Part shown: piece by piece, positions 48,376 to 61,100 of the stretch
Layout: every line of letters begins with the position of its first letter
Numbering within the stretch: the stretch's first letter is position 1
DNA from: Phoronis australis
Lineage: Eukaryota; Animalia; Phoronida
Direction of reading: 5' to 3'
DNA length: 64,000 nucleotides
Assembly (NCBI GenBank): GCA_002633005.1
Contig: NMRA01000458.1
Location: 124,001 to 188,000, forward strand
Position numbers and translations under genes: made by a program
Notes under the pieces: generated by a model
The model's database searches: none
What the model was told of the DNA's origin: nothing
The model's input: the letters and a program-made list of their open reading frames with translations, nothing else

Positions 48376-50349
48376 GCCCTCTGTGTATTGTCTGCACCCT
48401 GCACAAGGTGTCTCATGGTACAGCAGTATACAGTGTCTGTTACAGCAGCATGCAACAACTTGCTGTATGCTTGTCAGCAGTCAGTCTTGAAGATTGATTG
48501 TTAGAAGCTCACCTACCAATTATGTGAAACAATTTTTGCCATGGTTGATTTGTGTCGTATTGCATGATTTTCTTATCAAAGTGGTGAATTTAACTCTTTG
48601 ATCACTGATTGTCAGGCATCTGGTAAGAAATGACGTCCTTGACCTTGATGTCAAGATGGTCTTGGCATTTACTAATAGATGTTTATCGTTCTAAGTTAGT
48701 TAGTCAATAGTGTGATTTAAACAATTCACAATTTTCGAAAATGTGCAATGATTTTAACAACTATGTCAAGCTTAGCGACTTGTACAATGGATGACAATCA
48801 CTAAGCTGCAAGTTATGTCTGTTCTGATAACGACTCCTAAAACTTCCCTTCTGAACTGCTTATAACATGTCCCTGAAATGGCTTACTTGGTTATGGTAAC
48901 AAAGTATTAGGACATTGGCATGGTGACAGTATTACTGTGTTAGAGATGTTGTTACAGGTATTAGGACAGTGTTAAATGTGTTCTGTACAATATGTTAGAT
49001 GTTATTACAATTAGTATTAGGATGTTTGTACAGTGAGGGTGTTATTGTGTCCTGTACAATCTGTGAGAGATGTTGTTCTTCAAATCCTTTTACCTCATTT
49101 AGCTGTTGTAGTCGCCGTGTATGAAGCAATTATCAACTCAGTTCCAAGGACATATATGCAGTACTTTAAAAACTAGGTTTTATTTTGGGTTCAATTTGAG
49201 GACCTGAAACTTCTTGGAAAAAAGGGAAATTTTCTTATTGTATTATGGTCATTTTCATTCTGAATTGATTTTCATGACATTAATCGCCGTTGGTTTACAA
49301 GGTGTTGCCATTTGTTTCATAGTCACAGAATCAGCTTCAGCATTTTAGAAATCTAATTTTTGTTTGTCCAAAATTCATAAATTTTACTCTAATCAGTAAC
49401 TGTGCAACACAGAATGGAGTTGTAACGTAATGCCACCTGTTGGCCAATTTTATAATACATGTAGTTTCACATGAATCTGATCTGTGGATTGTTGTTTGTA
49501 TGGCGAGTATTCTTCATGTATTGTTAGGTGTTGTGTGCTGTGACATGAGTTTAGTCACATGACCACAGAGACGTGGGAGGATGTGAATGCAAACAGATGC
49601 CAAACATAACAATGTAATTAGGAGATTTGTAAGATTCATCCCATAAACAGAACTGTAAGGGGCATAGCTAGAATTTTCTGGAAAGTATGTACTACTCAGT
49701 ATTACTGCTGTCGAATGCATGTGGTTGGGTGACGTTTGTCAGAGCATTAATGGTCAGGAATGGACTTACTTGCAGTCACAAACCTTGACATTCTGCCCAA
49801 TTTTCCTATGTACTCTTACATAGTAGCTAATGCTCCTTGTGTTAGGATGTCATCCAAGTAATTTGTTACCTTGTCCAATGGAGTACATGGTCCTCTACTG
49901 AAATGTCCATATTTCATTTTCTCCTGGCAAATGATTGCAACTGTTAACACACTGCCAAAGATGCAGTCGATGTTGGGTTTAGAGACAAGATTTGTTGGTG
50001 CGTGTAAGGGAGCGTTCACATATTGCGTCATCCACTTTGGCACTTTTTACCATCCCCCCTCTGTCATCAGCCATCATCTTAATATAACCCCCCGTGCAGC
50101 CTCTAATTATGTCATCCCAGCCAACCCCGTTTTTAAAAGAATCGACAGTTCGTTGGAGATTCCGTCTTTATGATTCTAATGACAAACTAATTCCGCTTTT
50201 TAATCATAAGTTGCATTTGCCGCTGTTGTGTTCAGCAATGAAATAAGGAATGCCGTTTCAATTGCCAAACCAAAAATAATGAATATTTGCATACCTAAGT
50301 GGGAGGAGTGAGGATTGGGTGGGTGAAAAAATGTTTTAATAAGGGCGGC

Positions 50350-51065
50350 CTTTTTACGCGCCCACAAATTTATACGTGGGTGAATGTGGCTGCAGTCTTT
50401 GTCTGGCATCTGCTGCTGTATCTTGTAAATGCCTTGTAGATCTTAATGAGATTTGGCAGACGACCAATTTTGATCCAATCTGACTACCGCTCTGCCCCAA
50501 GTGGCAATTTTAGTGTTATATGTTTTCCTGTGCGTCTTCCGAGTTCCTTGGTGGATTTTCATGAAATTTGACCAATAGGTTTTTATTAAGGAGGCGAGGA
50601 CACCTTACAATTTTCGTACGGACTTGAGGTATTTTGCACCACTTGGTGGCCATTATAATTTTTTCAGTATATTTGTGGCAGATTTGTTCCTGATAAAGAC
50701 TGCAAATGACATTGATTTTTGGACATGTTTTACTGCTCTGGCAACACCTAGTGGCAAACCGTTTTTTTTTCCACAGCTGTATCTCCGTTAACTCTGGAAG
50801 ATCTTTTTGAAATTTGGCAGTTGTGTTCTTATGGAGATGGCAACAGATGACAAGTTTCAGACCAATCCGACTACAGCTTTGCCCACTAGTACATGGCAAT
50901 TTTATATTTTTTATTTCCTTTGCCTCTGATATTTGAGTTATGTGTGGATTTTCGTGAAATTTGACGTATAGAGAAGACAATGCCTTTTCATTGTTGGGCG
51001 GATTCGACATATTCTGCGACACCTACTGGCCATTTTTGTTATTTGGAGTCAGTTTTTGGCGACCA
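50350..51065 (-). mobile_element. Degenerate Helentron/DINE-1-like element between Ph and MDN1
   Basis: Starts ttttacgcgcccacaaatttatacgtggg, which resembles the reverse complement of the 59.8-kb terminal hairpin. Contains repeated gaaatttg and gtggcaattt core motifs. Confidence 0.55.
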
Positions 51066-52141
51066 CCTCTTTATCCGCTAAACTGCTCAAAGGATGTGTT
51101 AGGAAAATAACATGATTGTATTAATTTGAATAATAACTTGTCGACATTTAAAATTATATCTAGGCAAACTCTCGACAATGAAAACATAAAAGTTATTGCA
51201 ATTATTGAGAACTTTTAAAATGCCTGCCTTATGCTAGTCACATTATATTGTCATAGCAACTAATTTCCAAGTTTCGTAATCCCTCGACTGGATGTCAAAA
51301 CACTGCATCATTTGTCAATTAAAGTTAGGCAGTTGTCAGTACTAGGGAGTCGCTGATAAAGTGTTGAGACAGCACATTTACTATGCTCTCCTTCTACATG
51401 ACACTGTCATATTAAGAGTTGTGAAAAGGTCACACTTGACAGTTGTCAAAATTATGACCACAAATACAAATTACAAGAGGACTGCTTTTATTTATGACAT
51501 TATCTTACAAATTTGAAAGCATACTTTAATTTAAGAAGTACAAGTCATTGAAATTTAAACATAGTCAATTTCCTCCTTTATTGTGTGCCTTACAACAAGG
51601 CAATGGAAGAAAAAGACCTGTCGCATGAATTTCAGATATTTTGAAAAACCTTATTCAATTAGTCTTTGATAAAGGCTGTAAAAGTTAGTTGTTAAGTTCC
51701 AACCAAACTTCAAAGACCTAAACACAGTCAGTTGTGGAAATTTCTGGCTTGTTGCATACAGGCTTGTGACCACATTATGTAAGTCAATGTAACAAGAATA
51801 ACAATTACCAACTTAAATTTCTTTTCTGCTAAACTATCATAATGAGCAACAGCGGTAAGTGACATGTTCTTCACTTCTACTACCTGAAGTCGAGTTATAA
51901 CCTGGCTAGCTACATTGGAATACTATTATTCCACAGAGTGAAAGCACAAAATGGTGGTCCTCACATATGAGAATTCTTCAATTCACCGAGGTCTGCTCCT
52001 TCATAAACTGGACTAACTGGTACGATGAACCTCATAGTGACGCTTCTGCTTGTGCTGGTGTAAGTCGTTCAGGTGACTTGCAGGTTAACATCGTACAATT
52101 CGGCCAAACCTGTTCAAATAATCCTTAACAGACACTAGTTC

Positions 52142-55100
52142 CTAATCACCAGCTGTAACCAGTTCAAACCACTGTCTTAATGCATCACTCAGAGTCTGCG
52201 GCAGCGAATTGATGTTACGTAGAATTATGTAAAACGGAAAGGGAAAGTGTTCCATGTACGATGTTATCTCGGGCATCTGAAAATACAAAATTATTAGTCT
52301 AATGTCATTTGCACCTCGACTTAACAGACTTTATACGAGAACTAACGTGATGGCTGTTACTGGCTCAGCTGGTAACATGTGAATAAAGACGCTTGGTACA
52401 GGTTTTCCGTTTATAGACCATATCAAACTTTTAGGAGAATGTCCAGTTACAGTTACAGCTGGGGAAAAGTGATATCTTCTGTATATGTTAATTCACATAC
52501 GGTCTGTTCTACTTGCCCAATGGTCAACCCAATCAATAAATATTTTACGATAATGCAGAAACATGAACAAGAATGCTGGAACCAGCTGAAAGTTTACAGC
52601 AAAGTCTCATTTGTGAGGGTACTTATTGTGTGATGTTTAATGAATCTATGAAAATGGGAATGCCTGTTGATGTGATGAGGTAGCTAATACAATTTACAAA
52701 TATTCTGTGGAACGTGCGACGCCTAGATAATTAGAGGATGTCTGGGAGACGATGACGGACATCCGTCACTGGTTCAATAAAAATGCATGAACTATGCTGT
52801 ATACATAAAGTGCAAAAAAGAACATGCTGGATAGTTCAAGTAAAAATATAACCACGCTATGGCAAAAACGTGTTCCATTTTGAACTGAACAGCGTTATAA
52901 TGGATCTTACTGTAAGCTAAGTTTACAAATCAAATTGTATACAGTGCAGTTGGCTTAGGACTTGACGAATGGAATGTTGTGTGGAACCAAACGTTATAAA
53001 CCAAGTTAATTGTAATATTTACTGCACTAGAAAATGTTTGGGGACCATTCACCCACAGTTTACCCCCTCCCCGTTTTGTCATCACCGCTTAACACCACTA
53101 ACTGTGTCCCCAGAGCCAACCTCCCACTATTCACACAAATCCGTTGCTTAATTTTCTATTTTGAGGACAAAAAACACAATCGTACAGGTTAACCTATACG
53201 AATATTTCTTTTCAATGGTGCAATCAAACTAATAGCCTCCAAAAATGAAGAATACGCAGCATACACACTGTGTGTGCGTGACATCAAATTTACAGCATCG
53301 GGAGTGTAAGGTGTGAACTTAAGGAACATTTCAACTCGAAAGTACATCAGCAGAATGTAAGCCAAAGGCAAAATCAGCCACTGAGGACAGTATTTGAAAG
53401 ATTGAAAACTGATATGCCAACAACTGTTTTGAAGGCCGAAGTCATGTTGTGTAACTTCATGCGTTGCAATCCAGTTTAGAGGTCTTATGGATTTTTTTCT
53501 TTAAATTTGGATTGTTTACAGATGATACAGGTGGGAACCCAAGAGGGTTGACATGTATGACAAGTTGACATGTAACTGAAAAGAGAGACAACTTCGATTC
53601 AAAGGTAAAACTGCTTTTATATGGCCAGGCAGTTATTTGCATGATTGGGCATAACACAGTCATGTTTTCTATTTCTATTGCACAATTTGGGAAATTCAAC
53701 TTAAAACTATTTATAACAACCGATAACATAACCAGACCCCCTCCATGTCATCAATCATCATTTTTCAAAACCCTCCCTCCAGTGATGAAGTGATATGTGA
53801 ACACTCCCTTGGCTCAATAAACAAGAAACACTCACTTGGCCAGCATGCTTGAAAACTGGAACCCTAATGTCCAGAATAGAATCCTGAAATGATACGAGAC
53901 GATAAATATGAAATATGCAGATGCAAAAGTAGAATTGTGAAATATAAACGAGGTTGCAACGGAAAGGAAACTATAATATCGCAAATCCTCAGTCGCAAAA
54001 TGTAGTTCAGTGAACAACTTATAGTTTTTAAGAGGAACTAAAATCTTGCACAATACTCGCATATCTGGCTTACACCTACACTGGCTTGAGACCTTGCTTA
54101 TTGTACTTAGAGTGCTATACCTGGCTCTGACAGTCTTGCCTACAGACCATACTACTGGCTTGAGACCTTGCTTATTGTACTTAGAGTGCTATACCTGGCT
54201 CTGACAGTCTTGCCTACAGACCATACTACACATTGAACTTGCCCAAGATAATCAAACATAATTCAGTCCACCTTCATCTGTGGGTAATGATCTGACAACA
54301 GTTACTACAAATCCAAGTGCAATCTTGTAAGCCACTGTAGCAGTCAAACTACTGACCTTTGAACCTAACCCTGGACTTGGGTCAGTGCAGTTTGCAAGAT
54401 GACAAATTCTGGTAAATGCACAAAAAATAACATTTGACTTTTTACTTATAAGCACTCTTAAGGTCCTGTTTCGAGCCACACTTGCTTCAATGCACACGTC
54501 TTGTTATTCTATTCTGACTGACTATAATTATTGTTCATGAAGTGAAAACAGCCTCTATTTAACCACCCTGTCAGTTAACGACTCATCATTCCAGCTACTG
54601 CAATGGCGAACTAGGCTAGCACTCAGCTGTCACAGCAGGGAATTACAGCTTCGCTCAGCTGACACGAAAGGGGACTCCGTATTGGTTTGTTGTAAATGTA
54701 TGCTAGAGTCTGTCACTATTCCTCATAGTCAGCTTATGTTTGTTGTAAATGTATGCTAGAGTCTGTCACTATTCCTCATATACTTAGACTTACAACCACC
54801 TTTACATACCTTGCTTTCAGGGTTATCAATAATGACAAAGACTAGAAATACGTTGGCTTCTCTGGCCATGCGTACAGCAGAGCGCACCGTGTCCATTCCT
54901 TCCAGAAAGAGACCGCGCCCATCAGACACTATAAGTAGTAGTTGTGATGTCTGTACACTAGATGTTCCAGTCTGGCGAGATTTAGCTTCTAACATCAGTT
55001 TAATTGCTTCTTGTAATAGCTACGGAGGAAAAGAAAAATTTTGTTTTTCACAAAGCTCAACCACAGATGGTTGGGTAGATTGAATTTTATCAAGGCTGTT

Positions 55101-58100
55101 CTAGGAAAGTTCATATGGGAGGAAAGGAAGGAAATTGAGCAATGTGAGTGGTTGTGATCAGAACAATTAAAAAGCTGTTGTTTTTGAAAAAAATGAAATA
55201 TAATAGGTCATTAATTAACTGTGAATATGTCGCCGTGGGCATTATGACCAGTTCCATGCAACTGCGCACCAAACCAGATTGTTGTGCATTATCTGTAACA
55301 AACTGCGTTTGCTGTACAATAGGTTGATTTGGGCTTCTGCTCATAATGGCCCACTCCAACCAGAGCCTTTAATGACCTAATGACCTAAATACCCCTGAAG
55401 TGAGTACCAGTTTATGAATAAGGGAGTGCAAATATTTTTGAGATGTGCATATCAGAGTATTCAGAATTTCTGCATCATCTTTACTCCAAGTAGCATATTA
55501 CTGTTTATATTATAGTTAAATACTAAACATAAAATCATAAAAGCTCAGAACCAATAAAACCATTTACAAACTTAGTAGTTTTTTTAGGTAACCAGTGAAA
55601 GTTACAGGTGATTGCATTCCAGAGTAGTTTACAATTATGGTAAGCAGGTTAGGTAAACAATACCACAGTGCAAATGTTACAAGATCTTCCTAGTTCCGCA
55701 GTCAGCTTGAAGAAGAAAAAGGCAAATGTCATAATTGTGATGACACATCAGTATGTTTTGAAAACACATTTTGTGCAAAAATTTGAAAGGAATCACTTCT
55801 CAGCTTGCCCTATCGAAGTTGTACTCAAACAACCCATAATACAAAGTCAACATACTAGTGCAATCTTGGTTTTCTTTTGTTCAAACGTGAACTGATGTAA
55901 AACCTTGGCTCCTGATTGCCCTGTGAATGGTTCACTGAATGGATGCAGCAGTTGGACATGTTCACCAAAACTGAAAAGAGGAAAAAGAAGGATGTACTAT
56001 GTTAAATTGAAGGTTGAAGAACGCTTATTGGTTGTATCGCCAAATCAAACTGGCATATCCATGACCAATTTCCAAACTGCCTTAAAAGTTTCAAAAAGAT
56101 CTAACTTGTTGCTAAGTCAACCCCACACAAAACATGAAGACGCACAGCATCATAACTCAGAGAACAAACTATAATCACATTTCCAACCTCCATATCTCCA
56201 AGGCCCTCTGGCCCTTAAGGGGAAAGGTACCTGTGAGTCCTCATTGAAGATTTTTTCTAATTATGATTTTTCTTACCTACAAATGGACAGTTCCCCAGCT
56301 TCCAGTAAAGTGAGAGCATTAGCAATGACTGCTAGAGACTCAAATGCCAGCTGGAACAAAAGAGAAGATTTAAAAACTCCGTACTTATATATAAGTAGTC
56401 AGAGAAATTTCTTTTAATGTTTCTTTAAACAAACTCACTAGATGATGAGACCAATGTTATGGTCACACACTACAGCACAAACTGATAGGGATGGATGCCA
56501 CAAGATCAACGGGACTGTTGTTTCAAAACATTTTGTTTCTACCATAAAAATTCTTTTGTCAGGTTGAAAATATAATGTTTTTGGTGGCGCATAAAATAAA
56601 TATATGGTCTGTTATTGAAAGTACAAAGTTAACAAACTTATTCTCGATTGGTCCAGTTAATTTAATTTTCGGCAGCCACTGCCCAGGTCATTCACATAGG
56701 ATCTAGTACTGTCCACACTTTAACGCAGTATCAGCTACAGAACACGAACCTGCTTTGAGTGATTGTCAGCCATACTTGATGAGTCATCCACAGCTACCAT
56801 GATTTGATATTGCCTCTTGCTGGGTTTGGTACGTCGCAGCCATATTTTGTCTTTGCGGAACTGACTGGCAATGTACGGGATAACTTTACGCATGTTTAGT
56901 CGCTTCCCTGTTCTGTAATCTCCTCTAAAAACAGAGAGTTCCATTAGTAAGTAATAACTCATTTGACTTAATTGGAAACGTAGCGGATGGTTATTGTGAC
57001 CTGGTGAGAACTTGCCTCACTTTAGGCCACTTAAATGTAGTGGATGGTTATTGTGACCTGGTGAGAGCCTGCCTCACTTTAGGCCACTTAAATGTAGCGG
57101 ATGGTTATTGTGACCTGGTGAGAGCCTGCCTCACTTTAGGCCACTTAAATGTAGCGGATGGTTATTGTGACCTGATGAGAGCCTGCCTCACTTTAGGCCA
57201 CTTAAGTGTAATAAAACTGGTCTCAACTTGCTCATTTTTGGGCTTTGGAAGAAGAGACGATTCACTATTGGTTCAGACTAGGCTCAATATGGTTGCTTGA
57301 CCAGGCAAAGCAACAAAGAACTGACAATTCTTCCAAAGCAACAACAAACTGACAGTTCTTCCAAAGCAATAACAAACTGACAGTTCTTACAAAGCAACAA
57401 CAAACTGACAGTTCTTCCAAAGCAATAACAAACTGAAAGTTTTTCCAAAGCAACAACAAAATGACATTTCTTAAAAAACAACAACAAAAATACAGTTCTT
57501 CCAAAGCAGTAACAAACTGACAGTTCTTCCAAAGCAACAACAAACTGACAGTTGTTCCAAAGCAACAACAAACTGACAGTTGTTCCAAAGCAATAACAAA
57601 CTGACAGTTCTTCAAAAGCAATAACAAACTGACAGTTGTTCCAAAGCAATAACAAACTGACAGTTCTTCCAAAGCAATAACAAATGGACAGTTCTTCTGA
57701 AGCTGAGAAATCATTTCCAGTATGAGTAAGAAACAAGTTTGCACCAGTTTTTATAGTTAGTAGTAAGCACCTATAATCAAAAGTAATTTTTTACAGACAA
57801 CAGAACTAAAGTAGCCTCAACATTTAAAAATGACAATATTTATAAGAACCTTACTTTCACTTCATGTCTTGATATTGTATATTTCCATTGTGTAAGGATG
57901 ACAAGAAAAATTGCTCAAAAGAAAAGCAACAAACTACTCCAACTATATGAAATACGTTAGCAATTTGACCTACTTCAGTTTGGTTGCTTGTGAGGGTTCC
58001 AGCACCAGTCGCAGCTGTTCACACAACTCCTGCGACAGACCCAATGTCACAGCTTCATATTTGTGCCACGTGGACTCTGCCTCCTGCGTCTGGAGGAAAT

Positions 58101-61100
58101 ATATATCAATATTATATTATATCAATAGGGATACTTTGCCCATTTCTGGATTGGTATATGCCTCAGGAGATTTGATATGTACCCTTCTGTAGTGTTTTCA
58201 GTGACTAAATTAATCTCATAACACTCCTCACTTGCAAATCATTACAAGGGTAACGGTGCTACATGACAAAAACTACTCTCCAGCATAGACTTTTTTGCAA
58301 GGACAGTTACTCTACTCAATGACACAATCCCATATATCAAGTCAATGGGTGTATCACCTGGTGATACAATGTGTTCTCATGAAAACAGTGACAAACTCTC
58401 ATAGAAGTCGTCAAATTTTAATTATATAATCAGACAACTTGTGATAAAAATCAGAGGGAAATGAGTGATGAAATATCTAAAAAAGTGTGTGTGAGTAGAT
58501 AGCTTTGAAAAGAACTACACAGTCCATGAAAAACAAATCCAAAGACCAACAGTAAGTTATAAAACTATCAAGAACATCTACATGCCCAATATGCTATATA
58601 TATGGCTACACCTCCTTTCCAACTATCACTTAAACGTGAAGTCAAGAAATATGCTAAGAAAATCAAACTGGGATTAAGGTTAAGTAGGACCTCAAAAAAT
58701 ATGACCTTCATTTCAACTCATAAATCAAAAAACAGGCTATGTCAAATACTAAAAGTACAATATTTATATATTCTGAAAGAAACAAGATCAGAGATTATAA
58801 AAGCATATTTCATATTTATGGGCCATTGTTATTATTACGTTATCACCTTTTGAAGTCCAAATTTCATTTTCAAGAAAAGTACATTCATAGCAAAGTAACC
58901 CTTGGTCGATTTTAACGAAACCCTTTTTAAATGAAAACTTCACAGTTTACCTCAAAAATGCTGTTAGGAGTTTTAGATTACCCATTTAATTTTTGTTTCT
59001 AATGACAAATTAACTAGAAAATCGTAAGTTTTTTTATTCGTCTATTTTACAGTACACAACAAGAGCAACGCAGAATGCTGAAATGCGCCCACAAATGCAT
59101 CGCAAATGGTGTGCTTTTAGGGTTGTATATTAGTATCATCAAAATGGCCACTAGATGGTGCAAAATATGTCGAATCCATCTGAAAACCAGAAAATGCCAT
59201 CAAGGAACTTCACAGAAACAGAGGAAAACAAAAAAAATTTCCATTACGGGGCACAGTGTTCGTAGGATCTGTCTATAAGTCGTCATCTTCTCTAGTGAAC
59301 TTCATATAAATACACATGCTAAATTTAATAAAGATCCTGCAGAGGGCTTAGGAGATACAGGTATGGGTGCAAAAACAAAACAAAACAAAACAAAACCACC
59401 ACTAGGAGGTGCCACAGTAGTCGAAGGTTTGGTTGTTAGAGGGGCGGATGCCAAAAAAACGACTCAAAAATAGTAAAAATGGCCACAAGATGGTGCAAAA
59501 TGCCTAAAATCCATCCAAAAATAAGAGCATAGCGTCAGCTCATTAATAGATGCCTATGAGCCAAATTTCATCAAAATCGGTCGAGGACCTTTGAAGATAC
59601 AGAGGCAAACATAAAAAATAAAATTGCCAATAGGGGGCACAGTGGTATTCGGGTCGGTCCGAAACTCGTCAAACTCTGTCATCAACCCTTAGGCTATAAG
59701 AACACACCTGCCAAATTTCAATAAGATCCTGCAAGGGGTGTAGAAGATCCAGCCACGGATGCCGGACGCCCAGACAGAGATGACGGCAATATGCGACCAC
59801 ATACAAATATGTGGGCGCATAAAAATTAGTCTCTTAAAAGGAAAATCCTACCAAAATTTCAGAGATTGATGAATAAATATTAAAATAGAAAAGTTTCAGT
59901 GAAATTCACTGAGCCATTTTCGAGAACTCGTGTTCCTAAGTTCAAATTAAGTCGATTTGCTGAAGCTGATAAAAAGTGGAAAATGTTGTGAGCTTTCAAA
60001 ATCTGACGGTTATCGCTTAATTATTTAGTGAAAAACTTGTTTTCATTGGTCAATTTAACCTATCCATGCAGTAACCATGTTCACTATCTCAACATTTACT
60101 CGCAATGTCAAATGATTTTGCAGTGGGTAATTAACTTAATTATCACTAAAACATTTTAATTTTGTACGTGGTGTTTCATGTATCTCAAGGTATCTAGGTC
60201 AAAAGGCGGAGCCAGCAGTAAGTAAATCTTTCATTGTAAATATTACATTTAATAAAATAATAATAAAAGTTCATTGTATACACACCACGTGGTGGAGAGA
60301 ATGATATCAAGAAACCAAGTACGAAATGGACAATAGAAATCGAGTTGGTGGTTAAAGCATGCGATTGAAACAGCCAAATGACAAATTACCTATCAAATTA
60401 ATGAATTCCGGGGAGGATTTATCGTTTTTAACAACTTGTGTAAGTGAACACAAAGCCACAGAGGCGGTTCAGCGACTCAGTATCTGTGTATTCATTCTCA
60501 ATGGTCGTTTGCATACAGACGCACAACACCCTCAGGATAAAAACTACGTTTTATCTTCGTTTTCCATCAAACCAATGCCAACTCCGTGAATGAAAGGACT
60601 GAGGGTACATATGGAACTGTTCTATGCGTGACGGGAGATTCGATCTGAGTGACAGCCCCATAACCTTTGACCTCGGATAAGTAGTAAACAAATTTCCATG
60701 CTACTGAAAATGATTGTGTAAATTTTTTTTCTCGCTACATGGTATATATTACCCGAGAATGAAGATAAAGTATTTTGCTAGACGTGAAATATTGTAAAAA
60801 CATCCAATTTTTGTGAATAAGGTTTGAGATATCATTTAGCTAACTTTGGAAAACCATGTCTCAGAAATGGCTAATCAGATTCATTTTCAGATACGATGTT
60901 TCATGCAGTTCTCCAAAATCCTATTAGGAATGAATGTTTTTAAAATGTTCCACATTGCATCCGAGGCTATCCAAAATGAAAAAACTCGTAAGTTGCATGA
61001 AACGATAATTTAAAAACTGAAATAACCTTTCTGAGATTCCATCTTGACATTTATATCAAAAGAATTGGAGTTAAGTTATGGACTCTGTTGTTTTGCTATT

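Noticed and set aside
53745-53765. Box C-like ATGATGA on the MDN1 strand
   Set aside because: There is no CTGA box D or terminal stem at a suitable distance.
56980-57744. Repetitive Cys/Leu-rich ORFs (57004-57300, 57265-57744)
   Set aside because: They are translations of the 57-bp and 28-bp minisatellites within an MDN1 intron.
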